NCBI GenBank assembly: GCA_051546255.1
Contig: CP128816.1
Location: 1,674,001 to 1,738,000, forward strand
DNA length: 64,000 nt
From: Meyerozyma guilliermondii
Taxonomy: Eukaryota
Direction: 5' to 3'
How positions within the stretch are numbered: the stretch's first letter is position 1; each line of letters begins with the position of its first letter. The position numbers were made by a program, and so were the translations under genes. Shown one piece after another: positions 1 through 11,000 of the stretch. Under the pieces are notes generated by a model. That model worked only from the letters and a program-made list of their open reading frames with translations. It had not been told where the DNA came from and made no database searches.

Positions 1-1
1 A

Positions 2-3000
2 GCTGACAGTTTGAATACACCTTCGAAGATTCCTCGGCTTCACGCTTCAGACTCGCTTCAGCGACCGACTTACGATTATTCAGTGGAAAGTACCCCCACG
101 ACATCCAGTGGCATGCTGGCACCTCAGAACATACTCACTCCTCAATCATCGTCTCGAAATTTGGGAGGCTCACCAACAACGCGATACGATCGCTCCCCAT
201 CTCCTAATCAAGTCTATGCTCGGTCACCATCATTGTTGTACAAGTATGAGGAAACTACACCTGGGTCTGATGGAACCGATCTGAATCTTTGGGAGGATTA
301 TGAAGTTGAAGGTGGCGAAGAGCTTACTTTGCACGATCGCACTTCTGCTTGGAGCTCTGTGGAAACCGATGGTCTTGGTTCTTCATTGATACAAGACTAT
401 TACTATGACGATGAATTTGATGACTTATACGACGATCCCGATACCCCTGCTACTAATTACTTTGACTACTCCATATTGCCCGACCTTCCAACGCCATCGC
501 TGTCACCAACTAGTTCCCATCTTCGAAAACTGCCTACAAGACGTACTCTTGCCAAGAAAGATTCTCAATTTTCAATATCCCGCAAAAGGTTGGAAGAAGA
601 CTTACCTCCGGTTCCTCTTGATCTCCCAAGACTTCCATTCTCGTCGTCTTCTTTGGTAGCGCAACATCTTTCTCAATGTTCATCTGTTTGGTCGTTGAGT
701 AGTGTTCACGAATGGTGTTTAAAATTGGAGACTTGGCTACACGATGAGTTCATTTCCAAAAAAGAGTTCAAAAAAGCACTTATCAAGTTGATTGTCTTTC
801 ATCGTCGCAACATTTCTTTAGACGTCGTTGGACGAAACGTCGACCAAATTATAACCGATTTCATATCTTCTGGGGCTGTCACCTTGGTAGCAAAAGATGG
901 CTCTAGTGGCCCGAATGAGATGGGAGTAGTCATGCAACGTGGAGTGGCAGTCGGAGGGGTCTTGACGCAGCTTACAGATTGCTATTGCAGAGATAGAGAT
1001 CACACGATTGATCCTCGAAGTAACAAAGATATATCTTCGGCTCCCAAGCTCAGGTGCTACTCATCAAAATGCCACTTGAACAATATAATTGCCCAAGAAA
1101 CACTAATGAGAAATACCAAACTTGAAGACGTGGTACTAGAGCTTGATTGGGCTTCGCATTGGAAGTTGACAGCGGATGATCTTCGTTCCTTGGACAAATC
1201 GACAGCAAAGCGACAATCGCTCATTTTTGACCTATTAAGATACGAGCAAACATTCATTTTACGTGGTTTATGTTTCGTGGAAATCGTTGCACCTGAGTTT
1301 CTCAAAGCGACTAGGGTTCTACTTGGTGCCAACCGCTCAATAGTAGACAAGTTCCACGAGGAAGTCATCGCTCCTGGCTGGGAGGTAGTTCGCATACATA
1401 AAGAGGTCTTGTTTCAGCCATTGCTACGCATTTTGGTTGCGGAAGGTCGCTTCATCAAGAGCATTGATGAGATTTCTGCCATTTACAATGAGTGGGCAAT
1501 AGCAGTAAAGAAGAGTTTGTTGCAGTACATGAGTGCATTGCCTATGATTGAGGACTTGATGCGGTACGAACCTATCAAACGATGGGTCGACGTGGAAGTT
1601 CGTAAGTTACCTCGTGTTCAAGATTTGCAAGTCAATGGACCTCTTTTATTCATCAGTACATTCAACTCACGGTACCAGCAACTTCCTTTGCAACTCAGTG
1701 ATATCAAACTGTTGTATGACGAACAAGACTCGGAGTTCATTGCTTTGACTCAAGCTATTGAATCGGTGAAATTATTAGGTGCCAAAATCAATGATATGAA
1801 GATACATGCGGATAACATACATGCCCTTAAAAGGCTAAAAGTGGATCTACTTTGGAGGAAGGATGTCAAACAAGTGAACATCAATTTGAGTTCAGAAAAC
1901 AGGCGTCTCATTCGCCGTGGAGATATTCAAAGAAGAGGGGAATTGAAGTTTAGTACTTCCACCAGTCACTTGATTTTGTTGGACAACTACCTATTTGTCA
2001 CTGAACGGTCTAACCTGAAGGCGGGCATCAAATACAAAATTTCTGATAGCCCAATTCCAATCGAGTTACTTTTGTTCGAGACCAAAGAGAAAGACATAGA
2101 CAAAAGTCGGAGAAACTCTCCTGTCCAGAATACGTTACAGGGTACCTCCCCCACCAATGAAGCAGAGGAGGATGCTTCCACTTATGCCTTTAAGGTTAGG
2201 TTTGCTGGAAGAAAGTATTCCACTTTCACCTTCATCGCTCGAAGTGAAGCAGAAAGAATGTTGTGGATAAATTCTTTCACTGAAGCCAAGTCCAATCTTT
2301 GCAGACGTCTCAGTCAATCTGCACCCTTTGAATTGATTCCAGTAGACATATCGAGTTTTAGCTATGACTCTGCAAAAAAGGTGACAAAATTGCAAGTTTG
2401 TGCTCCCGCTGATCCCTTGTATGATATGAGTCAGAAATCTCTTTCTCTCATACTGGGACAAGGACAAGAAGTAGGGTTTGGTGTGTCAGGGCAGATTCAG
2501 TGTTATACCAGCTTTCAACTTGGAAAGAGTTCCTTCAAATTGGCGGGTCTTTCGACTGGGCTTTATTACGCAGACAACGGTAATAGATGGAAGAGAATAA
2601 TTTATGAGGACGTCACTGCTATATCTTGCATTCCCGAACTAAGAATTGTGATATTAATGGCAAACAAAATGTTAAAATACTATACCATGGATCTGATTTT
2701 ATCGGTCTACTATGAACTGAGCAATAAGCTACCTTGTATTCAGCTTTCAAACGACACTGTTCAGTTCTTCGAAGTGGGAAAACATCGTGGTATGATTATG
2801 GTGTTTTATGCTAAGAAGAAGACCAGTTCCTCGAGCTCGACTAATTTCAAAGCGGTAATTCCTGAGATTGACAATGATGGTGTGTTCACTGGGTTTAAAG
2901 TGTTCAAAAGATTCTATGTCCAAGCCGAGTGTTTTGGTCTCTCAATATTCAACACCTCATTGGCAGTGCATACAAACAAGGGATTTGAAGTCTTGGAACT

Positions 3001-3526
3001 AGACAAGTTGCACCCACGTTCAGTGCCCGATATTCCAGGTACAGATGCAAGAAAAATAGACGGCTATAGCCGGCGATTGACGTCTAGTGCCCTGAGCATT
3101 GGCAGTAACGGTACCAATCATAGTATGGAGGTGATTAGAAAACACGTCACCTCGAGTTCCGCAAAGCCAATGGGAATGTTCAAGCTCAATAATAACTCTG
3201 AGTTTCTACTAGTGTACAACGATGGAGCCGTCTTCACCAATAAGCATGGCAAGATCTCACGTCCAGGAATGTTGCATTTCGACTTCAAAGCTCAGTCTGT
3301 GATGTTTTTCGACAACAACTTATTTTTAATTACTAGCGAGGTAGTTGAAGTTTGGTCGATAAGCGATTTTGTTCTGGGTTCAAATCGGTTAATTCAGGTT
3401 GTTACCGGCAAGGATGTGCGCTTAGTGGGCAAGGACCCTTACTGCGTATGTGCGGTGGCAAATCCTTTGGTACCCGGTATGCAATTGATGTTTGAACTCG
3501 AGCCGAAAGAGACTTTCATAGGTTAA
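2..3526 (+). CDS. TUS1: Rho1 guanine-nucleotide exchange factor (DH-PH-CNH), Tus1-like; probably 5'-truncated by the window edge
   Basis: The frame is open from position 2 and the ORF-track start at 11 is a TTG. DH domain (RQSLIFDLLRYEQTFI...RYQQLPLQL), PH domain (HLILLDNYLFVT...ERMLWI) and C-terminal CNH domain (KPMGMFKLNNNSEFLLVY). Confidence 0.75.
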   Translation, partial: ADSLNTPSKIPRLHASDSLQRPTYDYSVESTPTTSSGMLAPQNILTPQSSSRNLGGSPTTRYDRSPSPNQVYARSPSLLYKYEETTPGSDGTDLNLWEDYEVEGGEELTLHDRTSAWSSVETDGLGSSLIQDYYYDDEFDDLYDDPDTPATNYFDYSILPDLPTPSLSPTSSHLRKLPTRRTLAKKDSQFSISRKRLEEDLPPVPLDLPRLPFSSSSLVAQHLSQCSSVWSLSSVHEWCLKLETWLHDEFISKKEFKKALIKLIVFHRRNISLDVVGRNVDQIITDFISSGAVTLVAKDGSSGPNEMGVVMQRGVAVGGVLTQLTDCYCRDRDHTIDPRSNKDISSAPKLRCYSSKCHLNNIIAQETLMRNTKLEDVVLELDWASHWKLTADDLRSLDKSTAKRQSLIFDLLRYEQTFILRGLCFVEIVAPEFLKATRVLLGANRSIVDKFHEEVIAPGWEVVRIHKEVLFQPLLRILVAEGRFIKSIDEISAIYNEWAIAVKKSLLQYMSALPMIEDLMRYEPIKRWVDVEVRKLPRVQDLQVNGPLLFISTFNSRYQQLPLQLSDIKLLYDEQDSEFIALTQAIESVKLLGAKINDMKIHADNIHALKRLKVDLLWRKDVKQVNINLSSENRRLIRRGDIQRRGELKFSTSTSHLILLDNYLFVTERSNLKAGIKYKISDSPIPIELLLFETKEKDIDKSRRNSPVQNTLQGTSPTNEAEEDASTYAFKVRFAGRKYSTFTFIARSEAERMLWINSFTEAKSNLCRRLSQSAPFELIPVDISSFSYDSAKKVTKLQVCAPADPLYDMSQKSLSLILGQGQEVGFGVSGQIQCYTSFQLGKSSFKLAGLSTGLYYADNGNRWKRIIYEDVTAISCIPELRIVILMANKMLKYYTMDLILSVYYELSNKLPCIQLSNDTVQFFEVGKHRGMIMVFYAKKKTSSSSSTNFKAVIPEIDNDGVFTGFKVFKRFYVQAECFGLSIFNTSLAVHTNKGFEVLELDKLHPRSVPDIPGTDARKIDGYSRRLTSSALSIGSNGTNHSMEVIRKHVTSSSAKPMGMFKLNNNSEFLLVYNDGAVFTNKHGKISRPGMLHFDFKAQSVMFFDNNLFLITSEVVEVWSISDFVLGSNRLIQVVTGKDVRLVGKDPYCVCAVANPLVPGMQLMFELEPKETFIG

Positions 3527-3578
3527 GGTTGCAAGTCTAAGCCGCAGGGGGACCCTTATGGAGGAAATGGATTTCCTG

Positions 3579-3625
3579 CCGAGGTAGACTGCACAGCGGC
3601 CCCCGTCGGCATATAAATTGTGGGG
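3579..3625 (+). promoter_or_regulatory. SDR promoter: CCGAGG (Ctf1/FarA-type fatty-acid element), TATAAA and Mig1-type GTGGGG
   Basis: CCGAGG 3579-3584, TATAAA 3612-3617 and AT-flanked GTGGGG 3620-3625, all within 85 nt of the ATG at 3663. Confidence 0.45.
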
Positions 3626-3662
3626 TAGGCCGTGATTTGAAAATCATTCCTCCTCTTCAATT

Positions 3663-4469
3663 ATGGTCGACTTCAACGTAAATGGTAAAGTAGCGGTCGT
3701 AACAGGCGGAACCCGTGGGTTGGGATTCTATTGCGCTGAGGCACTTGTTGAGAATGGCGCAGACACCGTTGTGATCACTTCTCGGAAAGCCGATGCCTGC
3801 GAACAAGCTAAAAAGGAATTGGAAAAATTAGCCGAATCAAAGGGTAAGAAGTGTAAGATCATTGCAATTCCATCGGATCTTGCTGACGAAAAGTCTTGTA
3901 CCCACTTTTTTGAGGAAACTACCAAGCAAGTGTCTAAGGTAGACATCCTCATTGCCAATGCAGGTGCCAGTTGGGGTGCTCCCTTGGATGAACACCCAGT
4001 TTCCGCGGTAAAGAAAGTGTTACACTTGAATGTGGTTGCTGTTTTCCAAACGATTCAATTGTTCGCTCCATTGTTGGAAAAGAGTGGAACTGTCGAGGAT
4101 CCTTCTCGAGTGCTCATTATGTCTTCTGTGGTGTCTTTGGTTGCTTCAGAGCCGGTGGGAACTTACGGTTACTTGGCTTCTAAAGCTGGTGTTTCTCACT
4201 TGGGTAAGAACTTGGCCGTTCAGCTCGGTCCTAAAAACATTCTCGTTAATTCTATGGCCCCTGGTTTCTTCCCATCCAAAATGTCCAACGGAATGCTTGA
4301 AATGGCAGGCGATATGATGATCGAGTCGAACCCCAGAAGAAGATTAGGGGTCAAGGAAGACATTAAGAGTGCTTGTATTTTCCTTTGTTCGAAGCAGTCA
4401 AACTACGTAAATGGTATTGTCTTGCCCATTGATGGTGGAGCACACTTGGCTGGTTTACCCAAGTTTTAG
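3663..4469 (+). CDS. Short-chain dehydrogenase/reductase (RhlG/FabG-like), possibly peroxisomal
   Basis: TGGTRGLG Rossmann motif, ANAG, YLASK catalytic YxxxK and PGFFPS. The C-terminal -PKF is a PTS1-like tripeptide. Confidence 0.85.
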   Translation: MVDFNVNGKVAVVTGGTRGLGFYCAEALVENGADTVVITSRKADACEQAKKELEKLAESKGKKCKIIAIPSDLADEKSCTHFFEETTKQVSKVDILIANAGASWGAPLDEHPVSAVKKVLHLNVVAVFQTIQLFAPLLEKSGTVEDPSRVLIMSSVVSLVASEPVGTYGYLASKAGVSHLGKNLAVQLGPKNILVNSMAPGFFPSKMSNGMLEMAGDMMIESNPRRRLGVKEDIKSACIFLCSKQSNYVNGIVLPIDGGAHLAGLPKF

Positions 4470-5469
4470 AGTATTGGAAATTACGTTTTTATCTTCTCTT
4501 TGTAGTCCCGTAAAAATTAATCGTTACGCTGAAAATTTTATATTATTATCTTTTGATACGATCGAGTCTTTATCGCTTTGGTTTTGACATCGATGTATGA
4601 TTGCTTCAACCATTGAAATGCGTTGTGTTCACTTGCTAGAATAATAAACCTACAACCATTCAAGAAATCAATAATGTAGTCAATGCCCAACCTTCTGAAG
4701 TATCAATGTATTAATTTAGAAGAATTTGCAGATTTTTGAAATTTCATGCAAATGTTAGCTACAAAACGCAATTAGCAAATTAATTCAGATATATCTTCTA
4801 CATCCAAATTCAAGTTGCTCAGGGCTTTCCAGTACATTCAGTGCACTAAAATAAAGTCAATTGTTTCGACTCGTTCATATCGAGTATTCAATATATTGAA
4901 CATCGATTTCGGGTTCTGTGACCCCAGAAGTACCGGAAAGTCAGCAGCTGCTTCCGACATAAATCCGGAGATGGCATCCTTAGTTTGCATCCATTATGGA
5001 GAAATCATCCTATCTCGGTTAATGTCAACACCGCGTGCAAATTGGAATCATCGTAATCTTGACTTATCTATCAAGTGCAACTTTAGGATACCTTGCTAAC
5101 AGATAAGATTTATGACTTTTCACCCAAGGAATACTGGATGTAAGCTAAACTAGGTGCATGCTTGATCGTTCGTTGTAATTTATAGATTTGAACAACCGGA
5201 CAGTGATGAAGGTCTACGAATCGTTGCAAAACTTTAGTCTCAAAACGGGTGCATTGTTAAACTTTCTTATCGCTCCTTCTTGAATATGCAATGTAGTTCC
5301 AATTCCAGTCGAACCGAGCTTGGTCGCTTCTCAGTTTTGAAGGTCAGGGTCTTTCGGCGCGAATTTGGTCACTCGTCTGAGCGAAAATTCTGTGAACACA
5401 GTATCACTTTCTCACTTGTACCTTGATCCTGTGCAGTCCATCTCTATTCTAAATCTTGTCTCCTTCAGT

Positions 5470-5994
5470 ATGGGCCAGGCGTCATCTCATGTGTTAGATA
5501 GCCTTATGGAGGGCACGAACTTCGACCGTGACGAGATAGATCGTCTACGGAAACGGTTTATGAAGCTTGATAGCGATGGTTCTGGCACCATAGACAAGCA
5601 AGAATTTTTGGCAATTCCAGGAATCCTGTCAAATCCTTTGGCATCAAGATTAATGGATGTGTTCGATGAAGATGGAAGCGGGACAATCGACTTTCAAGAG
5701 TTCATAACAGGGCTTTCTGCATTCAGCGGAAAAACGTCCAAAGTTGATAAGCTCAAATTTGCTTTCAAGATTTACGATATTGACCGTGATGGTTTTATTG
5801 GCAATGGAGAGTTGTTTATTGTGATGAAGATGATGGTGGGTAAAAACCTACAGGACGAAGAGCTTCAGCAAATAGTTGACAAGACTATCATGGAAGCAGA
5901 TGAAGATGGTGACGGACGTCTTGATTTTGAAGAATTCAAGAAGGCAGTTGATTCTAAGTCAGTGGCTTCTGCATTGACACTCAACATGTTTTAA
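5470..5994 (+). CDS. CNB1: Calcineurin B regulatory subunit (174 aa)
   Basis: Likely start is MGQASS (N-myristoylation motif) at 5470. [10 protein letters not shown] plus four EF hands ([43 protein letters not shown]). No intron is needed. Confidence 0.97.
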   Translation: MGQASSHVLDSLMEGTNFDRDEIDRLRKRFMKLDSDGSGTIDKQEFLAIPGILSNPLASRLMDVFDEDGSGTIDFQEFITGLSAFSGKTSKVDKLKFAFKIYDIDRDGFIGNGELFIVMKMMVGKNLQDEELQQIVDKTIMEADEDGDGRLDFEEFKKAVDSKSVASALTLNMF

Positions 5995-6288
5995 GTTGCC
6001 AAACTAAATTGGCTGAACACCAGCACCTGAACAGTGGCAGCCTGCAAGACAGAGGTCTTGGAGCACGAAAAAGACGCCTTTAAATTTTTATATTTGATGG
6101 TCGTTACGGACGCAGAATATGGAAGCCAGATACTTTACTAATCTAATTTACTTTCTTTCTTAAAGACTTCTTCGATACCTCCATAACGCTATAGTCATAT
6201 AATATTACCTCTCGCTTGACCTCTTCTCGCCTCATCTAAGTCGTCATGCGATAAGAATGCGAATAATTTCTTATCGTCTTTTAATGTT

Positions 6289-8016
6289 ATGCGACCAGGG
6301 GCGTCCAATATCTTCGAATCAGTTAACCTAGCGTCTACTCTAGGGAGTATAAAGACTCCTATACATTCCCGTATTCCTGAATCTACATCCGGTACGTCTG
6401 AGGAAGATGAGTTGGATCCGGAAGATTTCCTTTCTCCACAGTCACCACAAGTTCGTCGAATGGAACTGTTTCCGAAAGATAATGGCCACACCGAAGAAAT
6501 ACCGTCCAAAGGGGCCAAAACCAATGTGAATGATATTTCTCAATCAAGCTCGAAATTTGAATCTAGCTTTTTCTCCCCAACTGCTTCGTTTAGTCTGGGA
6601 AATCTCACCATCTCTACCAATACTATAAGGGAAGACTCACCATCTGAACACATCCTAAGAAATAACGCACTAATTACGAGAGAGCTACACAAGAACATAA
6701 AACATCATAAAAGAGCTTTAATTAAGGGTGACACTAATCTTAATCGAATTCGAGAGTCAATCGCCCACAATTTTAAGCAGCTCTCAGAAAACCATTATGC
6801 ATTATTAGAGATTTATACAAAGGAGAACTCTCGCCTTGAAAAACTCCTAGAAACGTTTTTAACTTGGGATCAGCGTCGTTCGGTCATTCTTGAGAAGATA
6901 CAAAGTATAAAGGGCAGCGATAGCAGCGATGGCAGCAAACTCACGGTACTTTTGGATGAAAGCGCCTCAATTGACGAACAAATCTTACAGTTGGAGGCCC
7001 ACATTGCAAAATTGAAAAGTAAAAAACAGGTTATTGCCTCCGAAATAGACATGACTACGTCTGTGCTAGAAAGCAAAACGTCAGTCCACGTTCAAGAGTT
7101 TCGCAATCTAGAAGCGGAAGTTCAAAAAGGAATATCAGAGGTTCTAACGGTAGATGGCCTTTCCGAATCGGCCCTCTCTTCTTTGGTTAAATTTGTACCT
7201 GTTGATGTCACCTTCTCGAAGTCATATAACCCTAGACCCAAGGTTCCCAACCCTATTATTGTCGAAAGAATACCAGCAGAGCTCAACGAAATAACCAAAA
7301 ATACCACTAATGGAAATGGAGAACAAAGAACTCCACTTCACGGGAAACCGGAAGGAGATCATTCTATTTTAAATCATGAACATGGGCCAACTCCGTTTCA
7401 ACGAGGATACTTCAAAGGAAGTAATCTGTCTGGACATATCAAGGCACAGTTGCAAAAGTTATTAGCTACCTGGGCATCTGAACGAAAAGAACCTACTCCA
7501 AATACCGAATCATGGGTCAGAATTGACGATTCCTCGAATACTATAAGTGAAAAGGTCGATTTAGGGCCCATCAAAGCACTTTTAGAATCGAAAATTGCCT
7601 CGTTCGAAGTTCAACGACAGTCTCATTCCTCGCAAGCCACAACATTCCATCATCACCACACTTTGTGGAGAGACTGCCTTGAGATATTGAGGGCACATGA
7701 GAAGAAATTGGAGTTGCAAATTCTGGAATCAACGAGTACCAACTTTGGCGAAAAGCAATTTGTTGGCATCATGACTTCGGCTTTGAACAGGGTGAACTCT
7801 GCAGTTGACTATACGTACAAGGAACATCCTGAAATTTTCACATCGAATGACCGCAAGCGAGGCTACGTGATTAGATGCCTACAGCATGAAGTTGAAGCAA
7901 TCGTATCGGCACTCACGGTTGTTGATCTGCAAAATGACTACTCTCGGTTCCTCAATATGTTTAGAGGTTTGACTCTAGCAGATATGTCTAGCACGATCAC
8001 TTCTACATCATCTTAA
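6289..8016 (+). CDS. ATG28: Autophagy/pexophagy coiled-coil protein Atg28-like
   Basis: 575 aa with a long central coiled coil (WDQRRSVILEKIQSI...IDEQILQLEAHIAKLK) and C-terminal LWRDCLEILRAHEKKL and VIRCLQHEVEA blocks that match my recollection of fungal Atg28. Confidence 0.6.
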   Translation: MRPGASNIFESVNLASTLGSIKTPIHSRIPESTSGTSEEDELDPEDFLSPQSPQVRRMELFPKDNGHTEEIPSKGAKTNVNDISQSSSKFESSFFSPTASFSLGNLTISTNTIREDSPSEHILRNNALITRELHKNIKHHKRALIKGDTNLNRIRESIAHNFKQLSENHYALLEIYTKENSRLEKLLETFLTWDQRRSVILEKIQSIKGSDSSDGSKLTVLLDESASIDEQILQLEAHIAKLKSKKQVIASEIDMTTSVLESKTSVHVQEFRNLEAEVQKGISEVLTVDGLSESALSSLVKFVPVDVTFSKSYNPRPKVPNPIIVERIPAELNEITKNTTNGNGEQRTPLHGKPEGDHSILNHEHGPTPFQRGYFKGSNLSGHIKAQLQKLLATWASERKEPTPNTESWVRIDDSSNTISEKVDLGPIKALLESKIASFEVQRQSHSSQATTFHHHHTLWRDCLEILRAHEKKLELQILESTSTNFGEKQFVGIMTSALNRVNSAVDYTYKEHPEIFTSNDRKRGYVIRCLQHEVEAIVSALTVVDLQNDYSRFLNMFRGLTLADMSSTITSTSS

Positions 8017-8085
8017 CATACTCAAGTACTTCTTTGTAAGTGCTACTATATATTAATGAAAAGGTCCAGTCAGGCAATGCAGACG

Positions 8086-11000
8086 TTACTTGCGCCTCTT
8101 CCGATTATTAATAAATATACTTGGTGCTTGTTTGGGCTTAGGCTTAGGTAAAACTCCTGATGTTGTTGGTTTGATGTTTGAAGCGTTTCTTTCATCGCTC
8201 TGTATCAAATTTTCATTCTCTTTTGGGGGAGGGGGTTTAGAAACTGCAACGTATGGTTTCTTGATCGCGTTCATTGGGTCGCCTTGCATGGCTTCGGAAC
8301 TATTTTTCTGCTTCTCTTGATTTTGATTGAAAATACTGCTTTTTAATTTCGGCTCTTGATTTGTATCGTGGGTCTTCGAAGTGATGGAGCTATCCATAAC
8401 TGCTTTGTTCTTATCTACTATCGCTGTCGCCATTTGGTTCAGCAGCGGGTGAGCTGCTTTGACTTGCAGACTAGGTTCGGAGATCACGTCAGATTCAGAA
8501 CGGTCGTTTGAAGATAACGTATTAGTTTTTGATGTATGTTGCCGTTGCGCTTTTTTTATTCCATTCACGCCGTGTTTCAAAAAGCCAGGTTGAGCCTTCG
8601 AGACAAGTCCCCTGTCTGAGGCGTCCTGCAAAAGGCGTGACCACACTTTATTCCTCATCAAGGACTTTTGGTTACCCAAAATCCATAATGTTGTCCGAGC
8701 TCTCGTTAAAGCAACATTCATTCTTCGCACATCACTCAAGAATCCAACATTTCCTGTTTCGCTAGCTCTCACACATGACATTATGATGATTTCTTTCTCT
8801 TGGCCCTGATAGCCATCCACTGTATTAAAATCAACTTCGTTCCAAATTTGTCGGCCGTACTTCTTTGCGAATATATCTTTGAGGGTTCTGATCTGCTCTT
8901 TATATGGTGATATAACTCCAATGCGGCCCCTAAACTCTTTAGGAGGTAACATGTACATAAGGTGATCAACCATTTCCAATACAACTTGAGCCTCGGCTCT
9001 GTTGTACAATGATCGTGAAGATTCATGTTGCTGATGCTTTCCCACAATATCAAAGAATCTGTAAGGGCTGAAAGGTACTTCAGAGTGCCAAGGACGAGTG
9101 TTCTTTTCGAGCATCCCGGCACCATCGTGCAATCTTGAACGATAAAATTCGGCACTTGGAAATCTCGAAATATCGGGGTGCATTCTATACTGGACATCTA
9201 ATAGATAGGCACTGTCTGGAAACTGCTCTTGCATACGAACAAACAAACTTTTATCATAGTTCAATGATGCCGCTGTTTGAGATAGTACGGTAGGAGGTAA
9301 TTGTTTGGGATCTCCAACCATGATACACTTGGTGCATCCATACCGCAAAGGTATTATGGCAGAAAGCTCAACACACTGACATGCTTCATCAATGATAACT
9401 TTTTCAAAGGTAATGCCCAAGCTTGCAAGAAAGTCGTGAGCGGAACCCGATAGGGTAGAACATATGATTTGTGAAGTGTTCAAAATCTTAGCCTGCAATT
9501 GCCTGCGCTCTAATTCACGAGATCTATAAGCTACTGCAGCATTTTCTCTTTGTTCGTCCAACTTCTTAGCGAGTTCGTTCCTCTTCTTATTAACTTCTCT
9601 GAGTCTCAGTTCCATTTGAGTGAATTCTTCGTCCAGTAGAGTTGTACTTTGTAACGATTGACGCAACGAGTCTCGTTCTTTGACTAATTTGGTGTGCTCC
9701 GCTCTCACTTCGGGGTCTCTCGCTACATGCTGAACAGTGGTCTGTAATTGCTTGTCGACCAATTCCTCCAATGTAAGGTCTCTAACAGCCGAATTCACAG
9801 CATCACTGCGGCCCAACCTCACCACAGAGGGGGTGATACGTTCGCCCTTAAAGTTAAAAACTCCATCACGAAGACGGACGACCAATTCATCAACAGCTGC
9901 GTTACTGGGCGCACATACTAGAATCTTGGAACTAGTTTGGGGCTTGCCCTGTTGACCGTCGACTTCAATTAATCCCAGAGGAACGTCTTGTGACAAATTG
10001 TATCCCACTATTCCAAGAATTGTTTTCGTTTTACCTGTTCCTGGCGGTCCTTGAATAAGAGAAAATCCACTTCGATTGTGCGTGCTTATTATTGCATTGG
10101 CCTGAGACTCGTTCACCTTATAATTGTTCATTACATCATTAAGCTTTTGCTTTGGAACCTCAATTGGTCCTGTGGGAAATGCACGAAGGATTGCTGGGCA
10201 CAAATTATAGTACTCGAGACCTCTGAGAGACAGATACTCTCTTTCGATCGTTATCATTTGCATGACTTTCATTCCGATTACAACCGATTTTGGTGTAAGG
10301 ACACCCATCATCGTACCTTGAGGAAAGACTCTTAATGTCACATCTGCGTAATCAGCATTTGCTGATTTTATTTCTCTCACCTTTGCAAGACAAGTGGTAG
10401 ACTTGGAGCTTTTTATATGAGTGGCGAGCTCCTTCTCGGATCTTTGTAATGCGTTGTCCATGTAACTTAAGACAAGGAGATCGGAATCGGTAATTTTTCG
10501 ATCATTTAAAACTTTCTTCTCGATTGAAGCGTACACATCAAAGAAACCGTCAACACTGGTTCTACTTCCCACTAACATCGGGAAAGGCAGTTCTTGACTT
10601 GTTTCCTTAGATGAAATTATACCCTGCCAGCACTCAAGCATCAAAAGTGGCTCCATCGCCTTCACATAGTCTTTGACATCCTCGTATTTGCCTTTGGTTT
10701 CCTTGTACCTTTCTGTGTCAGCGGTGGGGTATATATCAGATGATCCGAAGTTCCACTTCAATATCGTGGAATATAAAGGTTTGAGGTTCACGTTAAGACG
10801 CATTCTCATATTGTCTTCCTCTTTTCTCTTTTGGTCTACCTTGCTTAATTGAGAAGGTTTGACAACAGGTCGGCCATTGATATCTAGCTCCACTATCTTA
10901 GCCTTTTTCTTCTTTTCAACAAACAAATCAGAAACATCAACATCGTCATCATCGTCTCCGTCATCCTCGCTATCAGAATCTTTCTTTCTCTTGAGCGAGT

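Noticed and set aside
4815..5099. 94-aa intergenic ORF
   Set aside because: TTG start, no recognisable motif and no convincing splice donor.
5365..5469. N-terminal extension of CNB1, and similar non-ATG extensions of ERV41, PXA2, PTH1, URK1, NUC1, APC4, BAR-SH3 and SWC7-like ORFs
   Set aside because: These are artefacts of TTG/GTG starts in the ORF caller; family-typical N-termini begin at downstream ATGs.
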